Source: Nitrospirota bacterium | GTDB taxonomy: Bacteria; Nitrospirota; UBA9217 | Direction of reading: 5' to 3' | Assembly: GCA_029858565.1 (NCBI GenBank) | Contig: JAOUEV010000001.1 | Span: 96,001-160,000 of the forward strand | Length of the DNA stretch: 64,000 nucleotides | In this document: one piece after another, positions 56,305 to 64,000 of the stretch | Numbering within the stretch: position 1 is the first letter of the stretch | Layout: the number at the start of each line of letters is the position of its first letter | The notes under the pieces: model-generated | Databases searched by the model: none | The model's input: only the letters and a program-made list of their open reading frames with translations | What the model was told of the DNA's origin: nothing | Program-made: the position numbers and the translations under genes

Positions 56305-56802
56305 CTACTTGAGCTTCTTGATCACCGCACGCAGGATGTCCGCCCGCGTCAGGATCCCGATCAGTTTCCCCTTCTCATCCACTACCGGCAAGCGCCGGAT
56401 CTTCTTGTCGTCCATGATCTCCACGGCTTTCGAGACGTTCATGTCCGGTCTGATCGTCTGGGGCTTCCCGGTCATGATGTCGCCGACCGTATCTCCGATC
56501 CTGCGCTCCGGCAGCCGTTCGCCGAGCATGTACTTCAGCAGGTCCTTGACCGTATGCGCCTTTCCCATGCCGAGCATCGAAAGCACATCCGCCTGGGTAA
56601 TGATCCCGAGGAGCTTGTAGTCGCGGTCCACGACCGGCAGTCCGCTGATGTTCCGCTCGGTCAGGATATGCGCGACATTCACGATGGTGTCGTACTTCTG
56701 GACCGTCAGGACCCCGCGGGTCATCACGTCCTGCACCAGGATCTCCTGGCCCATGGAGGAACGGAGGTGGCTGTCTGCGGGTTTGAGAGCTTTCTTCGGC
56801 AT
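56305..56802 (-). CDS. CBS domain protein
   Basis: two CBS repeats LPVVD...GI.T..D. Confidence 0.88.
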   Translation of the reverse strand: MPKKALKPADSHLRSSMGQEILVQDVMTRGVLTVQKYDTIVNVAHILTERNISGLPVVDRDYKLLGIITQADVLSMLGMGKAHTVKDLLKYMLGERLPERRIGDTVGDIMTGKPQTIRPDMNVSKAVEIMDDKKIRRLPVVDEKGKLIGILTRADILRAVIKKLK

Positions 56803-57001
56803 GGCACGCTCCTGCGCTGAAAATAAGAACTCCGCCGCAATTCCGCGACGATAGCTGATCTAACGGTGCATACTATACCATCCCGAAGGGCTCAAGAAAA
56901 GAGGGAAATGAAGGATTGACGGGGCAACCGCTGCAGAGCGCCTGTTGATCGCAAAAAGGGGTTGTCTTTACCCACAAGATCGAAGTCGTCGGAAACAGCG
57001 G

Positions 57002-57802
57002 CTATCCATGCTTCTGCGCGATCTTCTCGAACATCATAACCATGCCCGTGCCGAGCTCGAAGACCGATTCGATGGGAAGATGATCAGCCGCGGTGGAGTC
57101 GAAGAATATCTTGAGCATGGATTCCATGTCCCCGTCAGCATGCCAGTAGCAGAACAGCACCGGCATTTTCGGCAGGGGATAGAGGATGACGGTCACATCA
57201 GCGCCAAAGTCGCCGGTGGACCGTTTTCCGCCAAAGAGGGTGATGATGTCCTCGAAAAGTTCCGCATGATCATCCGCCAGTTTCGCGAGCGCCTGTTCGG
57301 CCCGCCTGTGAAAGAGCGGTCCGCGCTGGTTTGCGCCGGCCAATTCCCGGAAAGGGATCCAGTTTCCTGATGGGGTCGTGCCCTTGCTATGGACGACGTA
57401 GCCGAGCAGCGGGATGACAAGGCCGCTGTGGGTGTGGCATTCTGATGCGACGCTCCCTTCCGCATCCACTGAGAAGTCCCTGCCCAGACAACGTACGATC
57501 AGTTTGCCTGCCTCAAAGCGTCCTGCCAGGCGGCCAGCTGATGAAGCGAGATCGACCTCTTTCATCCTCGAGCGCAGCTCTTCAACGATACCTGACCGTA
57601 TCTTGTCGATGTCCGGCAGCACCTCGACCAGATCAATGATCTGCTGCGCATCCTCCCTGGCCAGATGCGGGCAGCTGGTGACCGTGCGCTCGGCTTTAAG
57701 CACTGCGGTCGCAAAGGCGAAACAGGACGGGAAACCACAGTCCCTGCAGTTGGTCTGCGGGAGTCTGCGGTAGATGTCTAGGGGGCTTTTGAGAGGGGGC
57801 AT
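57002..57802 (-). CDS. Fe-S cluster domain + DUF3786-like protein
   Basis: LPQTNCRDCGFPSC.AFA...CP; W..FREL, PLPK.P....W..D. Confidence 0.72.
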   Translation of the reverse strand: MPPLKSPLDIYRRLPQTNCRDCGFPSCFAFATAVLKAERTVTSCPHLAREDAQQIIDLVEVLPDIDKIRSGIVEELRSRMKEVDLASSAGRLAGRFEAGKLIVRCLGRDFSVDAEGSVASECHTHSGLVIPLLGYVVHSKGTTPSGNWIPFRELAGANQRGPLFHRRAEQALAKLADDHAELFEDIITLFGGKRSTGDFGADVTVILYPLPKMPVLFCYWHADGDMESMLKIFFDSTAADHLPIESVFELGTGMVMMFEKIAQKHG

Positions 57803-57856
57803 GGAAAGGACAAAGGTATTAAGATTTAGGCGCAAACCAACAAAAGAAAATCTTTT

Positions 57857-57950
57857 TCTCGCGCAAAGACGCCAAGCCGCAAAGAAAGGCAATATCAAAC
57901 CAAGTCATCTGGTTAAAATTTTCTTCGCGCCTTTGCGGCTTTGCGCGAGA
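57857..57950. repeat. inverted-repeat element (CGCAAAG family)
   Basis: TCTCGCGCAAAG ... CTTTGCGCGAGA. Confidence 0.78.
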
Positions 57951-57986
57951 CGCCTTTTATCATTTAGTCCGTTACGAAAGGAAGTG

Positions 57987-58826
57987 TTATGCGCCTTTTA
58001 TCTGCCCGCCCCATTCCTTCAAATGCCCGGTGATGAAGGCGATGATCTTCTCATGCTCCTCATCACCCCGTCCCTGGATCGTCATGGGTTCGCCAAAGGT
58101 GAAGTGGACCTTTTTCTCCGGATCGATCTTCCCGAAATCCTTGATCAGTTTCCCGTTGCCCCAGGCGTCGGTCAGGAGCGCGATAGGGACCACCGGGACG
58201 CCTGCGCGTTTCGCGAGCTTGATGCCGATGGTGTTGAACTCAGCGGGGTCGAACATGGCGCTGCGCGTGGTCTGGGGGAACACAATTATCGAAGTGCCGT
58301 TCTTCAGCCGCTCCGAACCGCCTTCCATGACAATGCGGAAATCGTCGCGCGCGTTGGTCCTGCCCACGGTAATGGGATCACGGGTGCGCATGATGTGCTT
58401 AAACACGGGATAGTCCACCAGGCTCTGTTTCACCACAAAGGTGCAATGTTTGACCGGCTCGATGATCATGGGGAGCACGAAGGTCTCCAGGGTGCTCATG
58501 TGATTGCCGATGAACACGCAGGGTCCGTTAACGCCCCGGAGGTTGTCGATCCCTGTCACCTCGAACCGGACTCCTACGTTCTCAAGGGCGCGGAGGGTGT
58601 TAAAGCTGTTCTCGCACCACTCGGCGTCGGCGTAGCGGCCGCGCTTTGCCCTGGAGCTCCCGCTGAACACGATTTTCAGGAGGTCGACGTAGAACGGCAG
58701 GCCCGGGGCCATGCGGCCGATGATCGAGGGGGCGACCGGCGCGGTCCGATACGCGCCGTTCTCATAGGTCAGGGTCAGCACGAGGGGGTCTCCTTGGACA
58801 TCGGAAGATCGCTGCAACGGGTTCAA
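57987..58826 (-). CDS. lysophospholipid acyltransferase (PlsC-like; start uncertain)
   Basis: NHMS.LE, IIVFPQTTRS, PVVP. Confidence 0.8.
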   Translation of the reverse strand: MNPLQRSSDVQGDPLVLTLTYENGAYRTAPVAPSIIGRMAPGLPFYVDLLKIVFSGSSRAKRGRYADAEWCENSFNTLRALENVGVRFEVTGIDNLRGVNGPCVFIGNHMSTLETFVLPMIIEPVKHCTFVVKQSLVDYPVFKHIMRTRDPITVGRTNARDDFRIVMEGGSERLKNGTSIIVFPQTTRSAMFDPAEFNTIGIKLAKRAGVPVVPIALLTDAWGNGKLIKDFGKIDPEKKVHFTFGEPMTIQGRGDEEHEKIIAFITGHLKEWGGQIKGA

Positions 58827-58872
58827 TATACCATCCGGCAGGGGACATGGAAAGAGGGAAGTGCGTAAGGGT

Positions 58873-60378
58873 TTATATCAGGTCGGGCGACGGGCGCTTG
58901 ATGTAATATCCCTGTGCGTAATGGATGCCTGCGGTCCTGACCTGGTCCAGGATGCCCTCGGACTCCACGTATTCGGCGATGGTCTTGATCTTAAGACGGT
59001 TTGCGAGGGCGGCGATGCTCGTGACGATCTCCTTCTCGATCGAGCCTCCGCCGTGAAGGGTCCTGATGAACTCGCCGTCGACCTTGAGGAAGTCCACGTC
59101 AAAGGTCTTGAGATAATGGAACGAGGAATAGCCCGCGCCGAAGTCGTCGATGGCGAAGCGGAAACCCTCGTCCTTGAGCTTGCGGACGAAATCCTCGATC
59201 AGGCTGACGTTCTTGACCGTGTCCCGCTCGGTGATCTCGAAGACCATGCTCGCCGGGGGGATGTCGTAGTCCCTGAACAGCGCCTTGAGCGTGGGAATGA
59301 AATCGGCGATCACCAGCGCTTTGGGCGAAAGGTTCAGGAATAGCGTGCCCGGATAGTTCCGCTCCTTCACGATGGTGAAGGCCCGCTCGATGAGCTGGTA
59401 ATCGATCTTGCCGATTGCGCCCATGTTCTCGGCTGCCTCGATGAAGTCGGCCGCGGGGATGATCTTGTCGTCCACGATGATGCGGGTCAGCACTTCGTAG
59501 GCCAGGACGCTCTTGTCGTCCACGCTGACGATGGGCTGGAAATAGGGGACGATCTTTTTTCTCTTATGGCTGTGGATGGCGTCAAGGATCATGATGCTCG
59601 TTTCCCCGAGGTTCTTGATCATATCCACGTTGTCCCGCTCGCTCGGAAAAGCCATATGGTCCTTGCCCGAGGTCTTTGCCTGGGCGAGCATGCTGTCCGC
59701 CAGCATGAAGAGGTCCCGGGCATCCTGAGCATGGCTGGGGAAGACCGCCACCCCGATGGAGATCGTTTCCTGCATTACCGCTCCGTCCGGCAGGGTGATA
59801 GAATGGTTTCGCAGGCTTTCCATGATACGATGGGCGACCACATAGGCCTGCTCTTCGTCGCAGACCGGCAGAATGGCCGTGAAGTTGTCACCGCCGAACC
59901 GCGCCGGGATGTCTCCCTTGCGGACGGCCGCCCTGAGGATGGCGGAAAAATCCCTGAGGAATCGGTCCCCGATCTCATGGCCGTAAGTGTCGTTGATGAT
60001 CTTGAAATTGTCCACGTCGATGTGGAGGAGCGAGAACTTGTACTGCTGCCGGCGGGAGCGCTGGGTCTCGTACTGAAGCAGGTCCCAGAAGGTGCGTTGG
60101 TTGTACAAACCCGTGAGCGCGTCGCGGGTCGCGGATTCTTTCGCCTCGTCCGAGTAGCGGTTCAGCGCGCGCATGAGAAAAAGATTGCTGATGATCGGGA
60201 ACGGCGCGAAACAGAGCAGGAGGACCGTCATGGTCTTTCGCGGCAGCCAGGTCGTCTCCCTGCCGCTGAACAGCACGGCGGCCGCGGCAGCGATCAGAAG
60301 AAGGGTCAGAAAGATCGCGCCTATAAACAAGCACATCTTGATCTTTTTGAGGTTTTTTTCGCTTTTTGGTTCCGGCAT
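58873..60378 (-). CDS. membrane GGDEF-EAL protein
   Basis: 2 TM; GGDNF; FQPI, EVLTR, FEITE, DDFGAGYSS, AEYVE, QGY. Confidence 0.9.
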   Translation of the reverse strand: MPEPKSEKNLKKIKMCLFIGAIFLTLLLIAAAAAVLFSGRETTWLPRKTMTVLLLCFAPFPIISNLFLMRALNRYSDEAKESATRDALTGLYNQRTFWDLLQYETQRSRRQQYKFSLLHIDVDNFKIINDTYGHEIGDRFLRDFSAILRAAVRKGDIPARFGGDNFTAILPVCDEEQAYVVAHRIMESLRNHSITLPDGAVMQETISIGVAVFPSHAQDARDLFMLADSMLAQAKTSGKDHMAFPSERDNVDMIKNLGETSIMILDAIHSHKRKKIVPYFQPIVSVDDKSVLAYEVLTRIIVDDKIIPAADFIEAAENMGAIGKIDYQLIERAFTIVKERNYPGTLFLNLSPKALVIADFIPTLKALFRDYDIPPASMVFEITERDTVKNVSLIEDFVRKLKDEGFRFAIDDFGAGYSSFHYLKTFDVDFLKVDGEFIRTLHGGGSIEKEIVTSIAALANRLKIKTIAEYVESEGILDQVRTAGIHYAQGYYIKRPSPDLI

Positions 60379-60544
60379 GGAACAATGAACTCCCCGCAAC
60401 AGATCGTATTTAGAGAATAGCCGTGAAGCCTGATCTTTGTCAACCCCGCGGATGAAATAATACAAGACATACTTGTACACCTCGAACGTGCATGGCCGAT
60501 CCGGGGCAGGAGGCGGGCAGGGGGAGAAAAAACTTGCGTGAGCG

Positions 60545-62125
60545 ATGGAAAAAAGGGACAATGGCGCCATGTTGATCGGGTCATTGAAGCGGGCGGTCGC
60601 CCAGATGGTCATGCCGCGCATTGACGGCGAAAAGCTTGCAGATGCCGCGTATCGGGGAGAGATACATAAGCTTGCCGAGGAAGGTATCGGCGGGTTCATT
60701 CTCTTTGGCGGAGACATCAAAAGCACGCCTGCCTACCTTGCGGAGCTGCAGGCCAAGGCGGAGCACCGCTTGCTCATCTCCTCGGATGTGGAGCGGGGGC
60801 TTGGGCAGCAGCTTGCCGGCGGGACCCGGTTTCCCAGCCAGCGGGCCGTGTCAGCGGCGATCGACCGGCGGTCGAAAAAGGACAGCGATCTCCTGAACCG
60901 CATGCTCGACGCGGTCAGGACGGAGTCCCGGGCAGCGGGGATCCATATCGTGTTCTCGCCGGTCATGGATGTGAACAACAATCCCGACAATCCCATTATC
61001 TGCACCCGCGCCTTTGGCGATGATCCGCAGACCGTGGAGTGGTTCGGCAAGCAGTATATCCGGAGGCTCCAGAAGCCCCGTTCCAACGGTGACCTCGACC
61101 TTCTTGCCTGCGCCAAGCATTTTCCCGGCCACGGGGACACGGACCAGGATTCTCACTCCGTTCTTCCGGTGATCCGCGCGGACAAGGCAAGGCTGAACCG
61201 GGTGGAGCTGCCGCCGTTCCGCGAGGCGGTCAAGGACGGCGTGGGTACGGTGATGATCGCCCACCTCTTGGTGCCGGCGCTCGATCCGACAAAACCGGTG
61301 ACCTTCTCGAAAAAGGTGGTGACCGCGCTGCTTCGCGAAGGCATGGCCTTCGAAGGGCTCATCGTATCCGACGCGCTGGACATGGGAGCCCTGGCGAACG
61401 AATATCCCCAGGGCGAGATCGCGATCCGCGCTGTAGAGGCCGGTATGGACATCCTGCTTCATCCCGTGGACGCCCGAGTGACCGTGGAAGCGGTCGTGCG
61501 TGCCGTGGAGCAGGGAAGGCTCACCCAGGAGCGAATCCAGGAATCCGTGGACCGGATCATGGGGATGAAGAAGAAACTGGGGATCTTGAATGATGCTGCA
61601 CCAGTGAATGCGAAGCTCGACTATGAAAAACACCGCAAGATAGCGCAGGAGATCTCCCGCAGGGCGGTCACCGTGGTGCGGGGGAGCAAAGGGATGCTTC
61701 CCCTTGATGCTGATAAAGGCGCGGCATGCTTCATCCTGGATGACGATTCCCAGGGCAGAGGCGAAGCATTCCAGCAGGAACTGATGGCGCGATTCGTCGA
61801 CGCGACAGTGACCACGCTTACCCCGGACGCATGTGAAGCCGCTTTGTCATCCCATCTGGATATCAGCAGAGCCGGCGCTGCGGTGATCGCCATATTCTCC
61901 CGCATATCCGCTTCCAAGGGCAGGTCCGGCATCTCGCCGAAGCTTCGGGACGCGGCAATCGAGCTGCTGAAGCGCGCGAAAGCCGCGGGAAAGCCATCGG
62001 TGGTCATTTCATTCGACAGCCCTTATATTCTGGACCAGTTCAAGGACGCTGGCCTGCATATCGCCTGCTATGACCGGATGGACGAGATACAGAGGGCGGC
62101 AGCAGAGAAACTAGTAAAGGGCTAA
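60545..62125 (+). CDS. nagZ: GH3 beta-N-acetylhexosaminidase
   Basis: KHFPGHGDTDQDSH, SDALDM. Confidence 0.85.
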   Translation: MEKRDNGAMLIGSLKRAVAQMVMPRIDGEKLADAAYRGEIHKLAEEGIGGFILFGGDIKSTPAYLAELQAKAEHRLLISSDVERGLGQQLAGGTRFPSQRAVSAAIDRRSKKDSDLLNRMLDAVRTESRAAGIHIVFSPVMDVNNNPDNPIICTRAFGDDPQTVEWFGKQYIRRLQKPRSNGDLDLLACAKHFPGHGDTDQDSHSVLPVIRADKARLNRVELPPFREAVKDGVGTVMIAHLLVPALDPTKPVTFSKKVVTALLREGMAFEGLIVSDALDMGALANEYPQGEIAIRAVEAGMDILLHPVDARVTVEAVVRAVEQGRLTQERIQESVDRIMGMKKKLGILNDAAPVNAKLDYEKHRKIAQEISRRAVTVVRGSKGMLPLDADKGAACFILDDDSQGRGEAFQQELMARFVDATVTTLTPDACEAALSSHLDISRAGAAVIAIFSRISASKGRSGISPKLRDAAIELLKRAKAAGKPSVVISFDSPYILDQFKDAGLHIACYDRMDEIQRAAAEKLVKG

Positions 62126-62217
62126 GAAGAACAAAGAAGGGCTAGAGGGGTAATGGGCTAGGGTCAGGAGTAAGGCGTAAGGGGTAAGTAACCTCCAAAG
62201 AGACGCAAGCTGTGTCC

Positions 62218-62244
62218 GTCATTCCCGCGCAGGCGGGAATCCAG
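62218..62244. repeat. REP-like palindrome (dRS3/RPE-4-like)
   Basis: GTCATTCCCGCGCAGGCGGGAATCCA. Confidence 0.65.
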
Positions 62245-62323
62245 GTTCTGTGCTTTTCTCTGCGCCTCCGCGTCTCTGCGCGAGATGCTTTGGTTTTGAG
62301 TCAGCGATTATGCTCTCTATCAC

Positions 62324-62974
62324 ATGGCAACGATACTAATTATCTTCCTCTTCTTCGCGCTTATCCACAGCATCACGGTCTCCCATCGATTCAAGAACCT
62401 CTGCAAACAGCTTTTCGGGGAAAAGTTCCTGCGAGTCTGGTACCGGTTCCTGTATACCTCGGTGAGCGGGTTGACCGCAGCCATAGCAGTGTGCCTGATA
62501 GCCCAGGCGCCGGACCGTCATCTCTGGACAGCTCCGTCATGGCTCCGCTGGACCATGCACGGGATACAGATCGCAGGTTTTGTTTTCGGCGCAAAAGCCT
62601 TTGACTATCTGGACAAGTGGGAGTTCTTGGGGTTCCGCCAGGTGTTGCGGTATCTCCGGTCCGGCGAGGTCAGCGGAAATGTCGAAGGCCTGACCGACAG
62701 GGAATTGGCCACTACGGGAGTCTACGGCATCGTGCGTCATCCGCTCTATGTGGCGGGCATTGTGATATTCACGTTCAGCCCTGTCATTACCGTGAATGGA
62801 CTCCTGATCACCGTCCTGGCGGACCTGTATTTCCTCTTCGGTATGTTTATCGAAGAAAAACGCTTCCTTCGCATCTTTGGCGACCGGTATCGGGAATATA
62901 TGCTGAGAGTTCCAAGGATGCTGCCCCGGCTAAGAAAGAATGCGGAGAAGGAACACCCCCGTACCTCTGCCTGA
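62324..62974 (+). CDS. isoprenylcysteine carboxyl methyltransferase-family membrane protein
   Basis: FALIHS, G.YGIVRHPLY, EEKR....FG..Y..Y...VPR. Confidence 0.8.
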   Translation: MATILIIFLFFALIHSITVSHRFKNLCKQLFGEKFLRVWYRFLYTSVSGLTAAIAVCLIAQAPDRHLWTAPSWLRWTMHGIQIAGFVFGAKAFDYLDKWEFLGFRQVLRYLRSGEVSGNVEGLTDRELATTGVYGIVRHPLYVAGIVIFTFSPVITVNGLLITVLADLYFLFGMFIEEKRFLRIFGDRYREYMLRVPRMLPRLRKNAEKEHPRTSA

Positions 62975-63070
62975 GATTATCCGTGGCTTCTGATTTCCCT
63001 TCGCAGTGACCGCTATCCATGATCAGCAACCTCATTTGACCTCCAATGACATGTTGACCTGATCTTTCCG

Positions 63071-63102
63071 TTGACTTTCGTTATTCCCTCAGATATATTA
63101 CG
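63071..63102 (+). promoter_or_regulatory. promoter overlapped by ModE-like box
   Basis: TTGACT-17-TATATT; CGTTAT-N10-ATATTACG at 63079-63102. Confidence 0.65.
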
Positions 63103-63106
63103 CTTA

Positions 63107-63526
63107 ATGCCGAACAAAGATCACGGGAATAAGACGAAGAGAGTTCATGAACCCGGAGTACATGGCCGGATCTGGATCGACGGTCCCGACGGAGTATTCA
63201 TCGGTCATGGTCGGGTGGTCCTGCTCGAACGGATCCGGGAACATGGCTCCATCACCCAGGCCGCCAAGTCCATGGAAATGGCCTATCGCCATGCCTGGGA
63301 CCTGGTGGACTCCATGAACCGCCAGGCCGTGGAACCCTTTGTCGTGGTCGCCACCGGCGGCAGGGGCGGCGGCGGGGCGCAGGTCACCGAAGCGGGTGAA
63401 AAGGCGATCAAACTGTTCTGGAAGCTCCAGGAGGATTTCCGGAAGTTCCTGGAAAAGGAGCAGAGAGCGCTGTTGAAGAAATACCTCGTTCCTATAGACG
63501 GAAAGAAGAAGCAAAAGAAATGGTAA
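63107..63526 (+). CDS. modE: ModE-family regulator, HTH-only
   Basis: LLERI...GSI.QAAK.M.M.Y..AW...MN, GG.GGGGA..T. Confidence 0.85.
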   Translation: MPNKDHGNKTKRVHEPGVHGRIWIDGPDGVFIGHGRVVLLERIREHGSITQAAKSMEMAYRHAWDLVDSMNRQAVEPFVVVATGGRGGGGAQVTEAGEKAIKLFWKLQEDFRKFLEKEQRALLKKYLVPIDGKKKQKKW

Positions 63527-63686
63527 TCACCTGTTCCGGTTTCGCCGGGACACACAGGCGAAGTCAAAGTCGGGGCTGGATTGAAAGTTTGGAAGGATTA
63601 TCGTTCTGGTTATTCTCCGTGTCCTCCGTGGCTCCGTGGTAAATAACCGATCTTGCTTTGTATTGATCTTCTGCAGAGGGACCTGC

Positions 63687-64000
63687 ATGAAATGGGTCAC
63701 GACCTTCGCTTTTGCGGTGATGCTCATCAGTACGGCTGCGTTCGCCGAAACGCGCGTCAAGATGGCATCGACCACGAGCACGGAAAATTCAGGGCTCTTC
63801 AACTACATACTTCCGCTCTTTGAGAAAAAGACGGGCATCAAGATCGACGTGGTTGCCGTGGGTACCGGCGCGGCGATCGAGATCGGCAGGCGCGGGGACG
63901 CAGACCTGGTGTTCGTGCATGCGAAAGAGCAGGAGCTGCAGGCGGTGAAAGAAGGCTACTTCGTGAACCGGCACGATGTGATGTACAACGATTTCATTCT
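63687..64000 (+). CDS. tupA: tungstate ABC transporter substrate-binding protein (partial, runs off window)
   Basis: MASTTSTENSGL, VAVGTG.A...G..GDAD...VHA, MYNDF. Confidence 0.82.
   Translation, partial: MKWVTTFAFAVMLISTAAFAETRVKMASTTSTENSGLFNYILPLFEKKTGIKIDVVAVGTGAAIEIGRRGDADLVFVHAKEQELQAVKEGYFVNRHDVMYNDFI

Overview
GC-rich bacterial chromosome segment. Gene order (pgpA-cinA-thpR-recA-pilT-recX-alaS; tig-clpP-clpX-engB) suggests a Nitrospirota/Desulfobacterota-like organism (inference). Most of it is housekeeping: a 7-tRNA cluster, a partial E. coli-type nuoA-I operon, transketolase, c-di-GMP enzymes, nagZ and modE-tupA. Two features stand out. (1) At 1.5-12.2 kb, a MalT/BTAD-type regulator precedes a duplicated cassette of Ig-stalked lipoproteins and secreted proteins. 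Four of these end in Lcl/DUF1566 C-type-lectin domains whose 3' ends look like diversity-generating-retroelement (DGR) variable regions, in two sequence families. The cassette also holds a broken avd-like gene, a truncated group IIC intron behind a terminator and SARP-like direct-repeat promoters, but I found no template repeat (TR) or reverse transcriptase (RT) in the window. (2) Short inverted-repeat elements built from 7-9-bp units occupy many intergenic junctions, including nearly every nuo junction. One carries a GxxExxY nuclease-like gene between perfect 23-bp terminal inverted repeats, suggesting a gene-carrying element with empty derivatives. Family calls come from motif recognition by eye; no searches were run.
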